64,000 bases of DNA from Octopus vulgaris (taxonomy: Eukaryota): assembly GCA_951406725.2 (NCBI GenBank), contig OX597816.1, positions 142,290,001-142,354,000 on the forward strand, in the 5' to 3' direction. The translations under genes and the position numbers were made by a program. The notes below the pieces were generated by a model. The model saw only the letters and a list, made by a program, of their open reading frames with translations. It had not been told where the DNA came from and searched no databases. Positions 25,236 through 38,438 of this stretch are shown here, piece by piece. Each line of letters opens with the position of its first letter. Positions within the stretch are counted from its first letter, which is position 1.

Positions 25236-27139
25236 GGTGGAGATAATATTAACTCAAGAATATGTAGTGCATCTGTATCTATCTATGCTATTCATGTGTT
25301 TGTATATTCACACACAAACACACACATGTGCAATATGTGCATGTATATGTGTGTATGCGTTTCTTAATACTGAGAAATTTGTGGTTTTGGAGTGTTAACT
25401 CCTATTTCAAGCAAGTGGTATTCTGGTACCCTAACTTATATACATATGTATGTATATATTTAAGTAGGTGAATGAATTATCCCGTGTTTATCGTCAGCAT
25501 GGAAAATTCGTTTAATGCACCCTTTATTCCTTTGGAATGAAAACATGCTGTCTTCAAAACATATGTCGAGAGTAAAGGAATTTTGTTAACATCTTCGTTC
25601 GACTCATTCTTTCCTTTATTCATATGTCCATTCTTTCTATATATATATATATACATATATATACATATATATATGTACTGATATGTTTCATATGTGCAAG
25701 TCTACATAGTCTTTTTTGTGTGTGCATGCATGTGTGTGGACTAGTGTTTTCTTGTGTGTATACATACAAGTAATCTACTACCATCACCTTACTTATCCAA
25801 TTTTTTTTCCTTTTTCACCTCCCCTATTTTTTCCCCATATGAGCTTTTCTTACTTATATTTATCTATCCTAAGCAATAAACATCCCAGCTTTTGGTGCAC
25901 TGGCTGCCCGTTATTGATGCCACATATACATTGGAATTATAACCTACTGCAGCCATTACAATAGCTTGAGTATGCTGATAACAAAATGAAACCATACCAC
26001 TATCTATTTCACTAAAGTAATCAGTGATTAGGGGATACCATCAGTTCTTTACTGTGTCCAGTATCCACTCACACATTTTTTATTCTTTCTGCTAGCCCAG
26101 CTTTCTTTTTCATTCACCATTATGGCAGACTATTTTCAACTAAACAGTTGTATGTGAACCTGGTGGAAAAGTACACCTGATGGCTACAAGATACTCATGA
26201 TAGGTAGGATGAACCCAATGTGCTTTTGAATCAGCTGTAGCACTTGACTTCCATGCCTTTTATTTGTAGGTTTGATTATCACATTATAAGCAATGTTTGT
26301 TGCTTTCAAAATAAAGTTGTATAGTATCTATCATCTGATAGGAATTTTGTATCTAATATAGATGTGGGACAGACTGTATTTGGTGCATAGATTAATAATC
26401 ATCAGTTATTGAGCAGTCTGTATTTTCTATACAAGCCATGTTTATGCCTTTTTACCACAATCACTCACCTGATCCTATTACATTATCATTATGTATGTAT
26501 ATATGTATAGATGTGTACATGTATGTTTGTATACATGTGTGTTTATATATGTCTGTGTGGGTGTGTTATATGCGAAGATGAGTTTGTCAGGCACCTGCAT
26601 TATATTAGCTGAATTATTACAAACTGTTGATCTTGCTGTGCTAAATAGCAAGGTAGATGAAGTATATTCTTGTAAATTACAGCTAAAATGACAACATTGA
26701 ATGTTAGATAATTGCACATTTTGAAGTGTTTGATTTTTCTGTATTAAATGGAGGAAAACTGAAATACATCAATATTATTTTGATAGTTTATGAATAATTG
26801 GTAAATTTACCAGAATCACCATAAAAGAATTTGCTAAATCCTTTATAGAATTGCTCTTCAATATATGAAAAATACATAATGATATTTCTGATGCACACAC
26901 ACATATGCATGATCCCTCTTTCTCACTTTCACTCTCTCACTCTCTCTTTCTCTCTCTGTTTATAAGCAATGAATGTTTGTGCTAATTTTAACCCAATTAT
27001 CTTTAAGATTTCTATTTGATCTTCATAATTAGAGACTTTAGTATTCTTGGGTTTCAATTATATATATAGAATGTTTGACACTTTTTAGTCCCAATTTGTT
27101 TGGTATTTTTTCCTTTCTTCCATCTCTTTCCCGCCTTCC

Positions 27140-27177
<38 letters not shown>

Positions 27178-27336
27178 TCTACAAAAGATGTCTAGTTTGT
27201 TATAGATGATACCTATTCTTAGTTATAGACTCATTCTAGTGAGTGTTTCAGTCGCAGTTTAATATATATATATGTTGTATAATTTTATTTTCAGTCAAAA
27301 ACATTTATTCAGTTTTGTTTGCATTTTGTCTTTCAG

Positions 27337-27636
27337 AGGATGGTGTACATGAGACGTATGGATGGTGGGTTGGCAGGACTTACCAGCCAATGTATTATTG
27401 GGGTAAAGCTGCACCAGGTTCCAGAAAGTGTAACTGTGGGCTTGTTGTCAATGGCTGTGCTGGTAAAAGTACTACTTGCAACTGTGACTCCAATTTACCA
27501 GATCAAACAGATTCTGGATACCTTGAACACAAAGACTACCTGCCTGTTCTGGAAATGCATTTTGGTGACACTGGTACTGTGACTGACAATAAATTTGGCA
27601 AACATAAACTTGGAAAACTCATGTGCAAGGGTGACA
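27337..27636 (+). CDS. Nrx-IV: Neurexin IV/CNTNAP internal exon, Cys-rich end of fibrinogen-like region (300 bp)
   Basis: EDGVHETYGWWVGRTYQPMYYWGKAAPGSRKCNCG...CNCDSN...YLPVLEMHFGDTGT...LGKLMCKGD. Acceptor tttcag|, donor A|gtaagt. Confidence 0.97.
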
Positions 27637-27734
27637 GTAAGTGTCATTTATTATGTACTTCACTATAAGTTTCACCATTTTAGCTTAAACTTTAAAAACA
27701 AATTTTTTGATATTATGTATACTATTTTTATTAG

Positions 27735-28010
27735 GTTCATGGCTTAGTGGTTAGGCTATTCAGCTAATGATCATACGGTCATGAGTTCAATTCCTAGCGA
27801 TGTGTTGTGTCCTTGAACAAGACTCTTTATTTCACATTGCTCCAGTCCACTCAGCTGGCAAAAATGAGTACTACCTTGTCACACTCTGTATCATGCTGAA
27901 TCTCTCTGAGAACTATGTTAAGAGTACATGTTAAGAGTACATGTTAATTTCATGAGCATGTTCTGTTGATCAGATCAACTGGAACTCTCATCATCGTAAC
28001 CAACAGAGTA
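27735..28010 (+). mobile_element. CORE-like tRNA-SINE, variant tail
   Basis: TGGCTTAGTGGTTAGG...GAGTTCAATTCC...GTGTCCTTGAACAAGAC; homologue at 31105-31415. Confidence 0.8.
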
Positions 28011-29152
28011 TCAATTATATTGGTTAGATTAGTGTCCTCATTTTGATTGTTACTTTCACTATGTTCCAACCTTCTTCAGAGTTCTTATATTGAACTTGGT
28101 TGTGTTGTATTGGAATTTTAAACCTAGCACTAGATTTCATCTACAGAGGTACACTTTGCTTATTCTGCTCTCTGTGTTTCATGAATTTTTTTTTCCTTCA
28201 GTTGATTTATGTGACTGTCCTTAATGTCTTGCCTAAGATTGAACTCAGAAACTCAGTGTCTTTATCTAGTAGTAGATTAAGGCATTGGTTAATGCAGTAC
28301 AGTCACCTAGAGGTTCTGAGTTCAATCCCAGGCAAGGCACTCATATAATTCACATAATTCAATTGAAGCAAAAATATGTCATGGAATGCAGAGAGTGGAA
28401 TGAGAACAAATAAAGGGTTAGGTTCAAAATTCCAATACAACAACCAAATTCAACACAAGACACCCAAAGAAGGCTGGAACATGCAACAGCCAAAACATAG
28501 CGAAAGTAACAATCAGAATGAGAATACCAGTCTGACTAATATAGACAGTACAAATAATATATTGTTTATCATTATTCTGAGACAGTGGTTCTTTGAGATC
28601 ATTGCTAAAATAAGGTTTGACATTGTTCACTAATAAAAGATAAATAAGGAAAACAAAAATTTTCATCTAGATTCATGCAGTAGTTACATTTTATTGATTT
28701 TTATACTGAACTAAATGCATTTCATCAAAATTTCTAGTTTCTAACAGGATTAGTAGATTTATATAAAGAAAGCATGTCAGAAATTTAGGAGTTAAGATGT
28801 TAGAGACAAGTACCAGATCATGTTTGGAATGTTACTTGAAATAAATCAACATTCTAACCTTTTCACACCATGAAATTGGTGAAAGGCATTGGCAGTTAAG
28901 TTCCTTGGGGTTTAAGACATATTTACATTATATTGGCTCCTATTTTACACACCAAGTTCAATGCCTCCTTGCTAAATTACCATTCATCTAGTATCATCAG
29001 GATGTACAATCTTTCATACATTTATCTAAAACTGTTACATAAATTGTTGATAGCTTTCTTTTTATGTGAAAATGTTTTCTTTGATATAGATTTCCATTTG
29101 GTTGTTTTTCATGATGATGAGATGTTAAAGTTTTATTGCTTTTAATCTACAG

Positions 29153-29323
29153 ACTTATTTGATAATGTGATAACTTTCCGCAAGGTTGATGCTATCATTA
29201 AACTAAACACCTTTGATGCAAAGAGCTCAGGAGATATTTGGTTCCAGTTCAAAACTACTGCCCGAGATGGTGTCATGATTCACTGTGTTGGTTCACTAGA
29301 CTATATCAAGGTTGAGATTTTTA
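29153..29323 (+). CDS. Nrx-IV: Neurexin IV/CNTNAP internal exon, start of LamG domain (171 bp; not in the ORF track)
   Basis: NLFDNVITFRKVDAIIKLNTFDAKSSGDIWFQFKTTARDGVMIHCVGSLDYIKVEIF. Acceptor ctacag|, donor A|gtaagt; phase-compatible with both neighbours. Confidence 0.96.
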
Positions 29324-30184
29324 GTAAGTAATATATTTATTATTGTTCTATGACAGACAGAATTCCTTGTGATATTTAGCTACACCTCTTTAGTAAATGA
29401 CTATTAATCCCACTAGCATTGACTTCATTTTTCATCCTTCAGACATCAATAAAATAAAGTATCAGTTACATGTTGAGTGTACATAACTATATGACCCCTA
29501 CAAATTTGTGGCTTTGTGCCTTTGTTAGTAAACATTATTTTGAAAGCCTCATGTGAGTTCCTGCTTCGTCACCAGGTGCAAGGCATGTGCAGCCTTATGG
29601 TTTTCAGATCGTAGACCCATCTTTGTACATTGTATCTGTTTTTGTTTTTCTATAGAGTTTGATTTATTCTTTTTGGTGCTATTTTACTGTTTCCTCTGTT
29701 GTGTAAAATACATGCAATTTTTGTAGTGTCTTGTCAGGTGGTGAATATGTGTTATGGGTTACAATATCAGACAGTTATTCTATATCATATCTGGTGTGTG
29801 GTTTGTCTGGCATTAATGCATTACAGCTGGATGGAATGTGAGTTGTGTAGACTTATAGTGCCAGGTATTTTGTAATTACATGAGCATGAAAGGTAATATT
29901 CTTAAGATTATAAACCTGGAAAAGTACAGGACAAGTTATTACACCTGGAAAAGTATAGGATAAGTTATAGACTCCTGTAATGCAGTGTGTCTCTTTGTAG
30001 ATTCCATACTTTGCTGAGTTAAACATTGATTGGGGATTGCAGTGGCTAGAATAAGGGAGAAAACAGAAATCCTCTATATGGGAGGGGGGAGATCTAAATT
30101 ATATTTATCTATGTTCAAAAATGTTATCGAGTTTTTGCTAGAAATCCTCACTTATTTTTATTGGGATTTTCCTATCCACAAATC

Positions 30185-30405
30185 TGCTGTTGTTTAGCCC
30201 TAGGTCAACCCTCATTAAACAGACCTGTGATAAAAGGTGTTCCAATTATGACCATCTTATCTTTACTTTTTTTTTTTCAGACAGAGTATCGAGAACTATC
30301 CAGTATAACCTTCCTTCTATACGATATGTTGTGATGATTTAAGGGAGAGTTGGCTCCTATTTCAACTAAATCAAGTGACCACATATAAGTTCTCTCATTA
30401 GTTTA
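30185..30405 (+). repeat. Old dispersed ~220-bp repeat of unassigned class; other copies near 3000, 31490, 43950, 48905, 50270, 62240
   Basis: Shared GTTGTTTAGCCC..GGTCAACCCTGAT..AGCAGACC...TGATTT.AGGGAGATTT.GCTGCTATTTCTA. Confidence 0.65.
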
Positions 30406-30409
30406 ATAA

Positions 30410-30705
30410 AGACACCCTTGTTGACTCTATTAAGTTTCCTTTCACATTAGCTGAATGGAGACGCCTTTGTTGGCTTAATGATGGCTGCACCATTGGCCAA
30501 ATGGAAACTCAATCATGGAGACTTCTTTTGTTGACTCATTGGAGGCCTCTTTGTTGGCTTTGTGGAAAATTCTCTCAATAACACAATGGAGGCTTCCCTT
30601 GATAGCATATTGAAGGCTTCTTTTGTTGGCTCAGAGGGAGCTTCCCACATTGGCTCAATGGAGGCTTTTCTTGTTGGGTTGATGGGGGACTTCCTTATTG
30701 GCTCA
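30410..30705. repeat. Degenerate minisatellite, unit ~24-25 bp (approx. TTGTTGGCTCAATGGAGGCTTCCCT)
   Basis: Recurring TGGAG(G)C / TTGGCT motifs at ~24-25 bp spacing, about 11-12 copies. Confidence 0.75.
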
Positions 30706-31104
30706 TTTCAGTAAACAGGAAGTCTTTGTGATGCAGAATGTGTGGAGCCAGTCACATTCCAGAGCAATATAATTTGCTTCTAATTGCAGACAGCAGCTAG
30801 ACTGAAAGAACAACATATACATTTGTTAGCAAATTAGAAAAGATATTTATAGATTCTTGTATTTCATTTTGTCAGATTATTTTATTTCTTGTTTATAGGA
30901 TTTTCTTAAGGATGCATTATTTTGTTCATTTGTTTTATGTCATTTAATTTTATATATATACAAAAATTAACAGTTGCTTCGTTGGATAATTCATCTCAAA
31001 GAATTGTTTAGTTTTTTCTTTTTTTTTTCTTTTGAAGGAGCAGATAACAGGTGTTTGTACTTTGTTGTTTAATGTCTGTCTATTCTATATTGAGTTGGGG
31101 GCGG

Positions 31105-31415
31105 GGGGACATAGCTTAGTAGTTAGGGTATTTGGCTCACAATAATGTCAGGAGATTGATTCCTTGAAGTGTGTTGTGTCCTTAAGCAAGACACTTTATT
31201 TCATGTTCCAGTCCACTCAGCTGGCAGAAATGAGCTATACCTGTGTACCAAAGGGCCAGCCTTGGCATACTCTATGTCTCGCTAAATATCTCTGAGAACT
31301 GCATTAAGGGTACACATGTCTGTGGAGTGCTCAGCCACTTGCACATTAATTTCACAAGCAGGCTGTTCTGTTGATTGGAACAGCTGGAACACTCGTTGTA
31401 ACCAACAGAATGCCA
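31105..31415 (+). mobile_element. CORE-like tRNA-SINE, variant tail
   Basis: Homologous to 27735-28010. Confidence 0.8.
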
Positions 31416-34400
31416 TTTATTATTTCATGTTTAGCTACATTCCTGGTTCAGATAGAATCTAATTAAGAGTTTTTACCCCAGTTTTTGTTGTTGACTCTTA
31501 GTTCATCCCTGATTGAGCAATCTAAAGCTCAGAAGTATTCCAGATATTATCTACCACATTTCTAATTTACTTTTATTCAGATATTGTATATCTTAGAGTA
31601 CATTATCTAATGTGTCTTATTTTAAAACAGTAGGATGTAATTTAAGGGGGATATGGATGTTATTTTTAGCAGGTTGTGCAATATCACTGAGATTTCTTGC
31701 TTTCTCGAGTTTGTGATGCAGTAAGAAGGCGGCTACTTGTAGCTTTTTGTGTACTTACATTTGGTCTTGCAAAAATAAGCTTTACACTATTCGTGTTAAA
31801 AACTTTTCATAATTTAGTATTTATGATTAATTGTAGTTACTTTTTTATATTCCATAACACCTATAACTGTTCTTCCCATTGCCTCTTCTTCTGTCCATGG
31901 AGTTATTTTTTATGGGTAGATATTGTCTTGAATATTCTATGATTAATCTATATAATATAATGTATTATTTAGTTTCATAAGTAAATTCTAAAAGAATTTT
32001 GAAATCTTTTTTTTTTATTTTTTATTAGCTATTTTAATACATTATAGTCTTTGATATCTTAAAGTTTCAAATTTATATGTCTTATTAACTTGATGTCATG
32101 ACACAAGTATTGTTGTATATATCTTGTTTTCTTAACAGAAAATAAATGGATTTTTAAGAAAAATTCCCCAAAAACCTATTTTTGTATACTCTTTATCATT
32201 TTCTGAAATAATCTAAAATATGTCAGATAAATCAACTACAATGCTTTTATTTGTTATAAAAAAAAAAAAAGAAAATCCCAAATTTATGGTTATATTTTTA
32301 TAGGATTACTTCAAGTTTGTGTTCTTAAATATAAAGTCCATTAAAGCTCTAGCAATATACTTGCTATCTTTTAAAAGCAGACAGATATATTATCTAGTTC
32401 TAGTGTTATGAAATATTTCTTCAGAAAATTCTAGTAAAAAACGAATGTTAAAATAGTGTCTGTCAGATCTATTGATTTTGATACTGTGACAGTGTAGCCT
32501 GAGTTTATAAGACAATTAATTAAGAATAAATAGCTGTCATATAGATCTAGTTTTACATCTTCTCAGGTGTACTCTAAAGTTCATTTGTGTCCCTCATATT
32601 CTTTCTGCTGTACATTGCACTTTCTGTTCTCTAATGTTAGACAACACTCAGTTAAATCTAAGTCATTAGAAATGCTAACCTCGTAATCACTGATGATCTC
32701 TCCTGAGAATTTCACATTCCCAACATACCAAAACCTATGACCTAAAGACAAGCCTCCTTTAGAGCTAGTAAATACTTCAGCCCCAAATAGTAGCTGACTC
32801 TTAACAAAGCTGAGCTGTAACCCACAATGAAATACTGCTCATAAATGTGTTTATACTGCTGCTACACATATGAACATCATAGGCCACACTTGAAGTGATT
32901 GGTAATGACACCCTCACCAGCATGTTCCAACCACTAGGCCATAAATCCATTTTCTTTTCACTCTGTTTTTTCTTCCATTACTACTACTACTACAAAGTTC
33001 TCTACTTCTCAGAAATATCTAGATTTACACCATCCCCATCCAAGCCCATCTACCATACTTGTCTCTCCATCTTTTCTCACCCATAACTATCTACATTCAC
33101 CCCCACTTTAACCACCACACATAACCCTTCATCTCCAGAACATTGAACCCTTTGAAATTCCATCCCCACCAGTGTCATCTCAGTTATTATCAATTTGCTG
33201 ATCTGCAGGCTGAGCATCAACTACATTAGGGATAAAGTCCTCTTCCTCTTGAATAAATCTAAAAGGAAAAAAAGATTCTGATAAAGATTGCAATTATTTC
33301 AACTTTGTGATTAATCTAATTATGCTTTAGATATATTTGTTAACAATTTTACATATATTTGTTAACAATTTTACATTTTATTTTATTTGTTGATCCAGAA
33401 AGTTTTGCTTGTTTTTGGTTTTGTTTATTTAGATGGGTAGTGTTAAGAATTTTTTTCAGGCCTTTCCATATTCTAATTATTTGTCTCATAAGAAGCAGAG
33501 CCTAGAATCTTTTCAGGCCTTAATATATTATAGCATAGTTATTGTTGGCTGAAGTTAATACGCTAATGCACAGTTGAACTTTGCAAAATTCAGTGTTAGA
33601 TATTCAAAAGACTTGTTATTCTGTGGGCGAAAAAAGAGAAATGTTTAGCTCATTGATGGAAATAGAGATGTATGCCAGGGAATAGTGTTCCCCTCCTTTT
33701 TCAGCTTACAGTGGAGGGTTCTTTATAATATCTAACCCTATTCCTTTCCAGTCTTATCCTCACAGGCTTTTGTATACTGCTTGTTCCTAAAACCTATTTC
33801 CATCATTGATTTAACTGATTAGTTTATCATGAATATCACCATTAGATCACCAATCTATGTGATGAATTAAATTTTAGTTAAGTATGCTTTTCTAAAATTT
33901 AAGAATTATAAGTAAGAATTACACACACACTGAGTCTTTGATAGGTGAGACAGAATCATCTCACTGAAGAGTGGTTATGACTCAAGAAAAGATAGATCTA
34001 GCAGTTTCAGAGTAGCTTAAGTTATATATATTAGGTTAGGTGTGGTCTATAAAATATTAATATAGCAACTGAACTAGATGAACAGTTAGTCACTACATTA
34101 AAATTACTTGCCTTTTGCAGTAAGCAAAATCAATGTGTTGTTGATTTGTTCAGACAGATGTGACAATATGACAGAGTTAAATAGATTTTGTGTTTTGTTT
34201 ATCAACTCCATTTAATTATGAAGTTGTGAAGTAGATGCTTAAGCTAAACAAAGCTAATCCTTTACTTAAAACATCTCATGGGTAATACTAAAGAAGGCAT
34301 TATAAAATGTGGAATTTAAATGAAGGAAAAGAACTTATTGATTCTACACAAATTAACTGTAGGTGCCAGGTTCTGTGATTTCTTAATGACATCGTCTTAA

Positions 34401-34532
34401 AGACTTTTGTTATTTTTGCTGTCATTTTATCTATAGTTGCTTTTCAGACATACTATTTAACTCTGTTATTCAAAATGTATAAATTACATTTGTAATATTT
34501 TATTTTTAAAACCTTCTATTTTCATCAATTAG

Positions 34533-34754
34533 ATGGTAACACAGTGAAATTCCAGTTCAATGCAGGTGATGGTGAAAGGGTATTAGAGGCTAAGACATCA
34601 GCTGGATTGAATGATGACCGTTGGCATACTGTACATGTTGAGCGAAATCGTAAACAGGCTTGGCTTAAACTTGACACTCAAGGTGAAAAGGTTTGGAATG
34701 AACCACCTGAACAAGGACCAAGAACATTAGATCTTACATCCGCATTAATTGTTG
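34533..34754 (+). CDS. Nrx-IV: Neurexin IV/CNTNAP internal exon, LamG domain (222 bp)
   Basis: NGNTVKFQFNAGDG...LNDDRWHTVHVERNRKQAWLKLD...LDLTSALIVG carries the LamG LND-xWH-V motif. Acceptor attag|, donor G|gtaagt. Confidence 0.97.
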
Positions 34755-34768
34755 GTAAGTATACATAA

Positions 34769-34804
<36 letters not shown>

Positions 34805-36069
34805 TTTTTGGCCGGGGGAAGAGACATAAATCCAGAGAAGAAGCATACTCTAAGAAGTAGAGCAGTCTATGTTTATTACTGGTGAAGGCCAGTAATATCG
34901 CTAACAGGTCTTAGGGTTGGAAGATATGCCATAAAGGTACCCTTTATGGCAAGAAACCTAGGGTAACCCTATAAACCACCCTTCACCAGTAATAAATACA
35001 TAGATACACACACACACACACACACACATACATATATATATCTGGTCCTCATGGAGGCAAAGTGGTCAAGCTCTTTTTGAGTGTTAATCCTCACAGAGTC
35101 AATGACCAAGACCTTTGGCATTATGTCATGCTTGAGAAGAAGACCCCTTCCAGCATGCCAGCCCAGTCAAGCCATCCAACCCATGCCAGCATGGACAATG
35201 GACATTAAATGATGATGATGATATATATAGAGAGAGTGAGATAGAGATACACATAACTATATACATATATATATTATGATTTTTCTTAAGCATACTGGTA
35301 CTAATAAGCTGTTGTTAGAACTCAATGTCCTAATGCTTTAGAATAAAGTGTCAGGAGAGTACAGGGCATAATATCAATTAATGAATTAGAAAAGAATAGG
35401 AGTTACACAATCATTTTTATTAACTTACAGCTATTTCTGCGATAAGAAACAGTACACTCAGAGCTGAGTGCTTGTATAACATCCTATAATTTATTTTGAA
35501 CCTTTAAAATGAAGCGTATGTTTATTTCAGAAAGCTGTTAAATATACGAGTATGTTGTATAATTAACTGGTTGAGTATCCCATCATCGCAAGGCAATTTT
35601 CACAATAGAATATCTTTATTTCAATTTTATTTGTTCTATGTAAGATCATGTCTTCTCCAATGGATACTCCTCTTGATCAGGACAGGTTTCTGCATTATTA
35701 TATTGTATTGATAAGCTAAGTTTTTGTTTTTCCATTTGGTGCATAGATGTAATGATTTTTCTTAGCTCACTGCTTTCGACTCTATCACCCTAATGATATT
35801 TGTTACACACACTGTCATACACACACGCACACTCTCTCACATTCAGCATGAACAATATACATATACAGAGAGTTAGAGCAAGTATGATGACTATATATAG
35901 AGAGGAGGAAGTTTACAATGAGAAAAGTATAAATGAAAGAGATAGTCAAATAAAGAGATCTTTTCTGTTGCTGTCACAAATTTTGGAATTTTAAAATTAA
36001 GTGAAAATTTTCAAATCTGATTTTGTGATTAATTTATTCTAGAAAAACTTTAGAAAAATTTCATGGCTT

Positions 36070-36505
36070 GCAGGATGGCCTGCTGTGCTTACCTTGGATC
36101 GTAGGACAACCTGCTGTGCTTGAGGAGACCTATTGAGTCAAGTGCATCAACATCAAAATAAAAATCAAATGGAAATTGTAGTTGTGATACCTGTGCCAGT
36201 AGCACGTAAAAAGCACCATCCGAATGTGGCTGATGCCAGCATCGCCTTGACTGGCATCCGTGCCAGTGGCACGTAAAAAGTACCAACCGATCGTGGCTGT
36301 TGCCAGCCTCCTTTGACCCCTGTGCCAGTGGCTTGTAAAAAGCACCCACTACACTCACGGAGTGGTTGGCGTTAGGAAGGGCATCCAGCTGTAGAAACAC
36401 TGCCAGATCAGACTGTAACCTTGTACAGCCTCCTGGCTTCCCAGACCCCAGTTGAACCATCCAACCCATGCTAGCATGGAAAACGGACATTAAACGATGA
36501 TGATG
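36070..36505 (+). mobile_element. RTE LINE 3' UTR fragment
   Basis: Reverse complement of 6680-7070; ends CATTAAACGATGATGATG. Confidence 0.85.
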
Positions 36506-37189
36506 TTATGGAGTTTTAAAGTTTGATCATTTTTACCCAGTCAGAAAACAGGATTTGGAAGGTAGCATTTCCTGCATGATAATTGTCTATCATAAAATGA
36601 AAGTAAACATTAAAAGATGAAGTTTTAAACAAAATGAAAGCACTTACATTTCATATGAAGAGAGGAGCATGAGAGACAGCTTGTGTGAAAGATATACATA
36701 TACAGTCAGAGAGTGATAAAGAGTGAGGTAAATATATATAGAGAGAGGGAAAGGCATAAAAGAGAGAGTCTAATACAGACAGATAGAGAGTGGGAGATTT
36801 GTATATCTAAAAGTTGAGTTATTTCTTGTTACAAATTATGTTTTTTGATTAATTATAATTGATTATCTTCCCATTGAGAGGCAGATTTCAGAAATCAAAT
36901 CCATTTTTCTCGAGGACATGCCGATTCTGAGCCTTTGGGGCTATACATGCATACATTCTCATTTATATAGTAGATATAGACTAAGTATTTTGTCCAAGTC
37001 TTGATCATTCATGATGTTAAATTAAATTACCAGAATTTTCTAACCACCCATCCATAAAATAATATAAAGTTCTTTTATTTTACTGACACTCTATTGATAA
37101 AAAACTCACCTCTGTCAATTAGCCTTGGTCAAAAGAGAAATAGTGCTGGCAAAATCTGCATTCTCAAAATTGTATAACTTCTTGAGAAA

Positions 37190-37630
37190 ACATATGAATG
37201 TTAATGTATGGAAGTGTGACATGGTCTATAACATCAGGAATGAGAAAGTGCTTGGAGAACTGTAAAATGTGGTTTTTAAGGAGAATATTGAAGATAGCAT
37301 GGACAAAGTATCTAATGAAGAAGTGATGACCCAGGCTACAGTAAATAGGAAACTGCTTTGAGATAAGGGCCAAACAACTAAGATTTCTTGGTCATGTGAT
37401 GAGGAAAGCAGGACTGGAGAATTTAGCATTGACTAGAAAGATCGAAGGGTTAAAAAGCAGAGGAAGGAGAAATATGATATGAATGTCAAGTTTGACAAAC
37501 AAGCTGGAAGAAAGAGGCATTAAACATCAGGAAATGGAACTGTTACAGAAAACAAAGAGCAGAGAATTGTGGCAGGACATGATTGCCTATGTCCTACATT
37601 CTGGACATGGTGCCTAAAAAGAAAAAGAAA
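37190..37630 (+). mobile_element. RTE/BovB-like LINE 3' fragment
   Basis: QLRFLGHVMRKAGLENLALTRKIEGLKSRGR...RELWQDMIAYV; A-rich tail. Confidence 0.8.
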
Positions 37631-37819
37631 AATATCTTACTTAACATGGATATACTGTAAGAAAGCCATAAAACCACAGTATTTCATCTCAGTAATTTAG
37701 ATATTTATTAAATTCTTTGTTTTGAATCAAATTGTTCTTGTAAAATATTTTGCTTTCAACAGAACTTCACTGCTTGAGTGAATATCAATGTGTTCTTGAA
37801 AGCAACCAGTACACTCCAT

Positions 37820-37972
37820 TATATGGTTGATGTTAGGAAGGGCATCCAGCCTTAGAAATCATGCCAAAACAGACATGGAGCTTGGGCAGCTCTTCAACAG
37901 GTCAGCTCCTGTCAAACCATCCAGTCCATGCCTGCATGAAAAATGAATGTTAAATGATGATGATAATGATGA
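37820..37972 (+). mobile_element. RTE 3'-tail fragment
   Basis: GTTAGGAAGGGCATCCAGC...TTAAATGATGATGAT. Confidence 0.8.
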
Positions 37973-38315
37973 TCAAACCAATTGGCAAAATGGATATGAA
38001 GCCAATCTATGTTCTACATGAATCCACATTATATTTATGGTAATACTCAAGAAAATTAAGCTACTAATAACTAATAATTGGGATTCTGAATGTGCATCTG
38101 TATTTTACAAGTCATCATTTGGCTGTTTACACTAAGAGATGCTATCTGTTAATGGTGGCTTAATGTAATATTTAGTAATTAAATGTATTATTTTGTATTC
38201 TTTAATTTCAAGCAATTGTTAACCACATTTCCTAAAGCAATCATGCTTTATTTTTCACTTTAAAACCAAATGCTCAAGCTACTTCAAATACATTTTTGCC
38301 ATTTTTTTAAACTAG

Positions 38316-38438
38316 GAGCTGCTGTTGGTTACCATAGTGGTTTTGTTGGTTGTATCCGTGGATTAATGGTAAATGGTGCTATCATGGATCTTCGAGGAAT
38401 GGTAGCACGTGGAGTAGTAACCTATGGTGTCTCAGAAG
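38316..38438 (+). CDS. Nrx-IV: Neurexin IV/CNTNAP internal exon, end of LamG domain (123 bp)
   Basis: AAVGYHSGFVGCIRGLMVNGAIMDLRG...YGVSEG carries the LamG GFxGCIR motif. Acceptor actag|, donor G|gtttgt. Confidence 0.96.
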
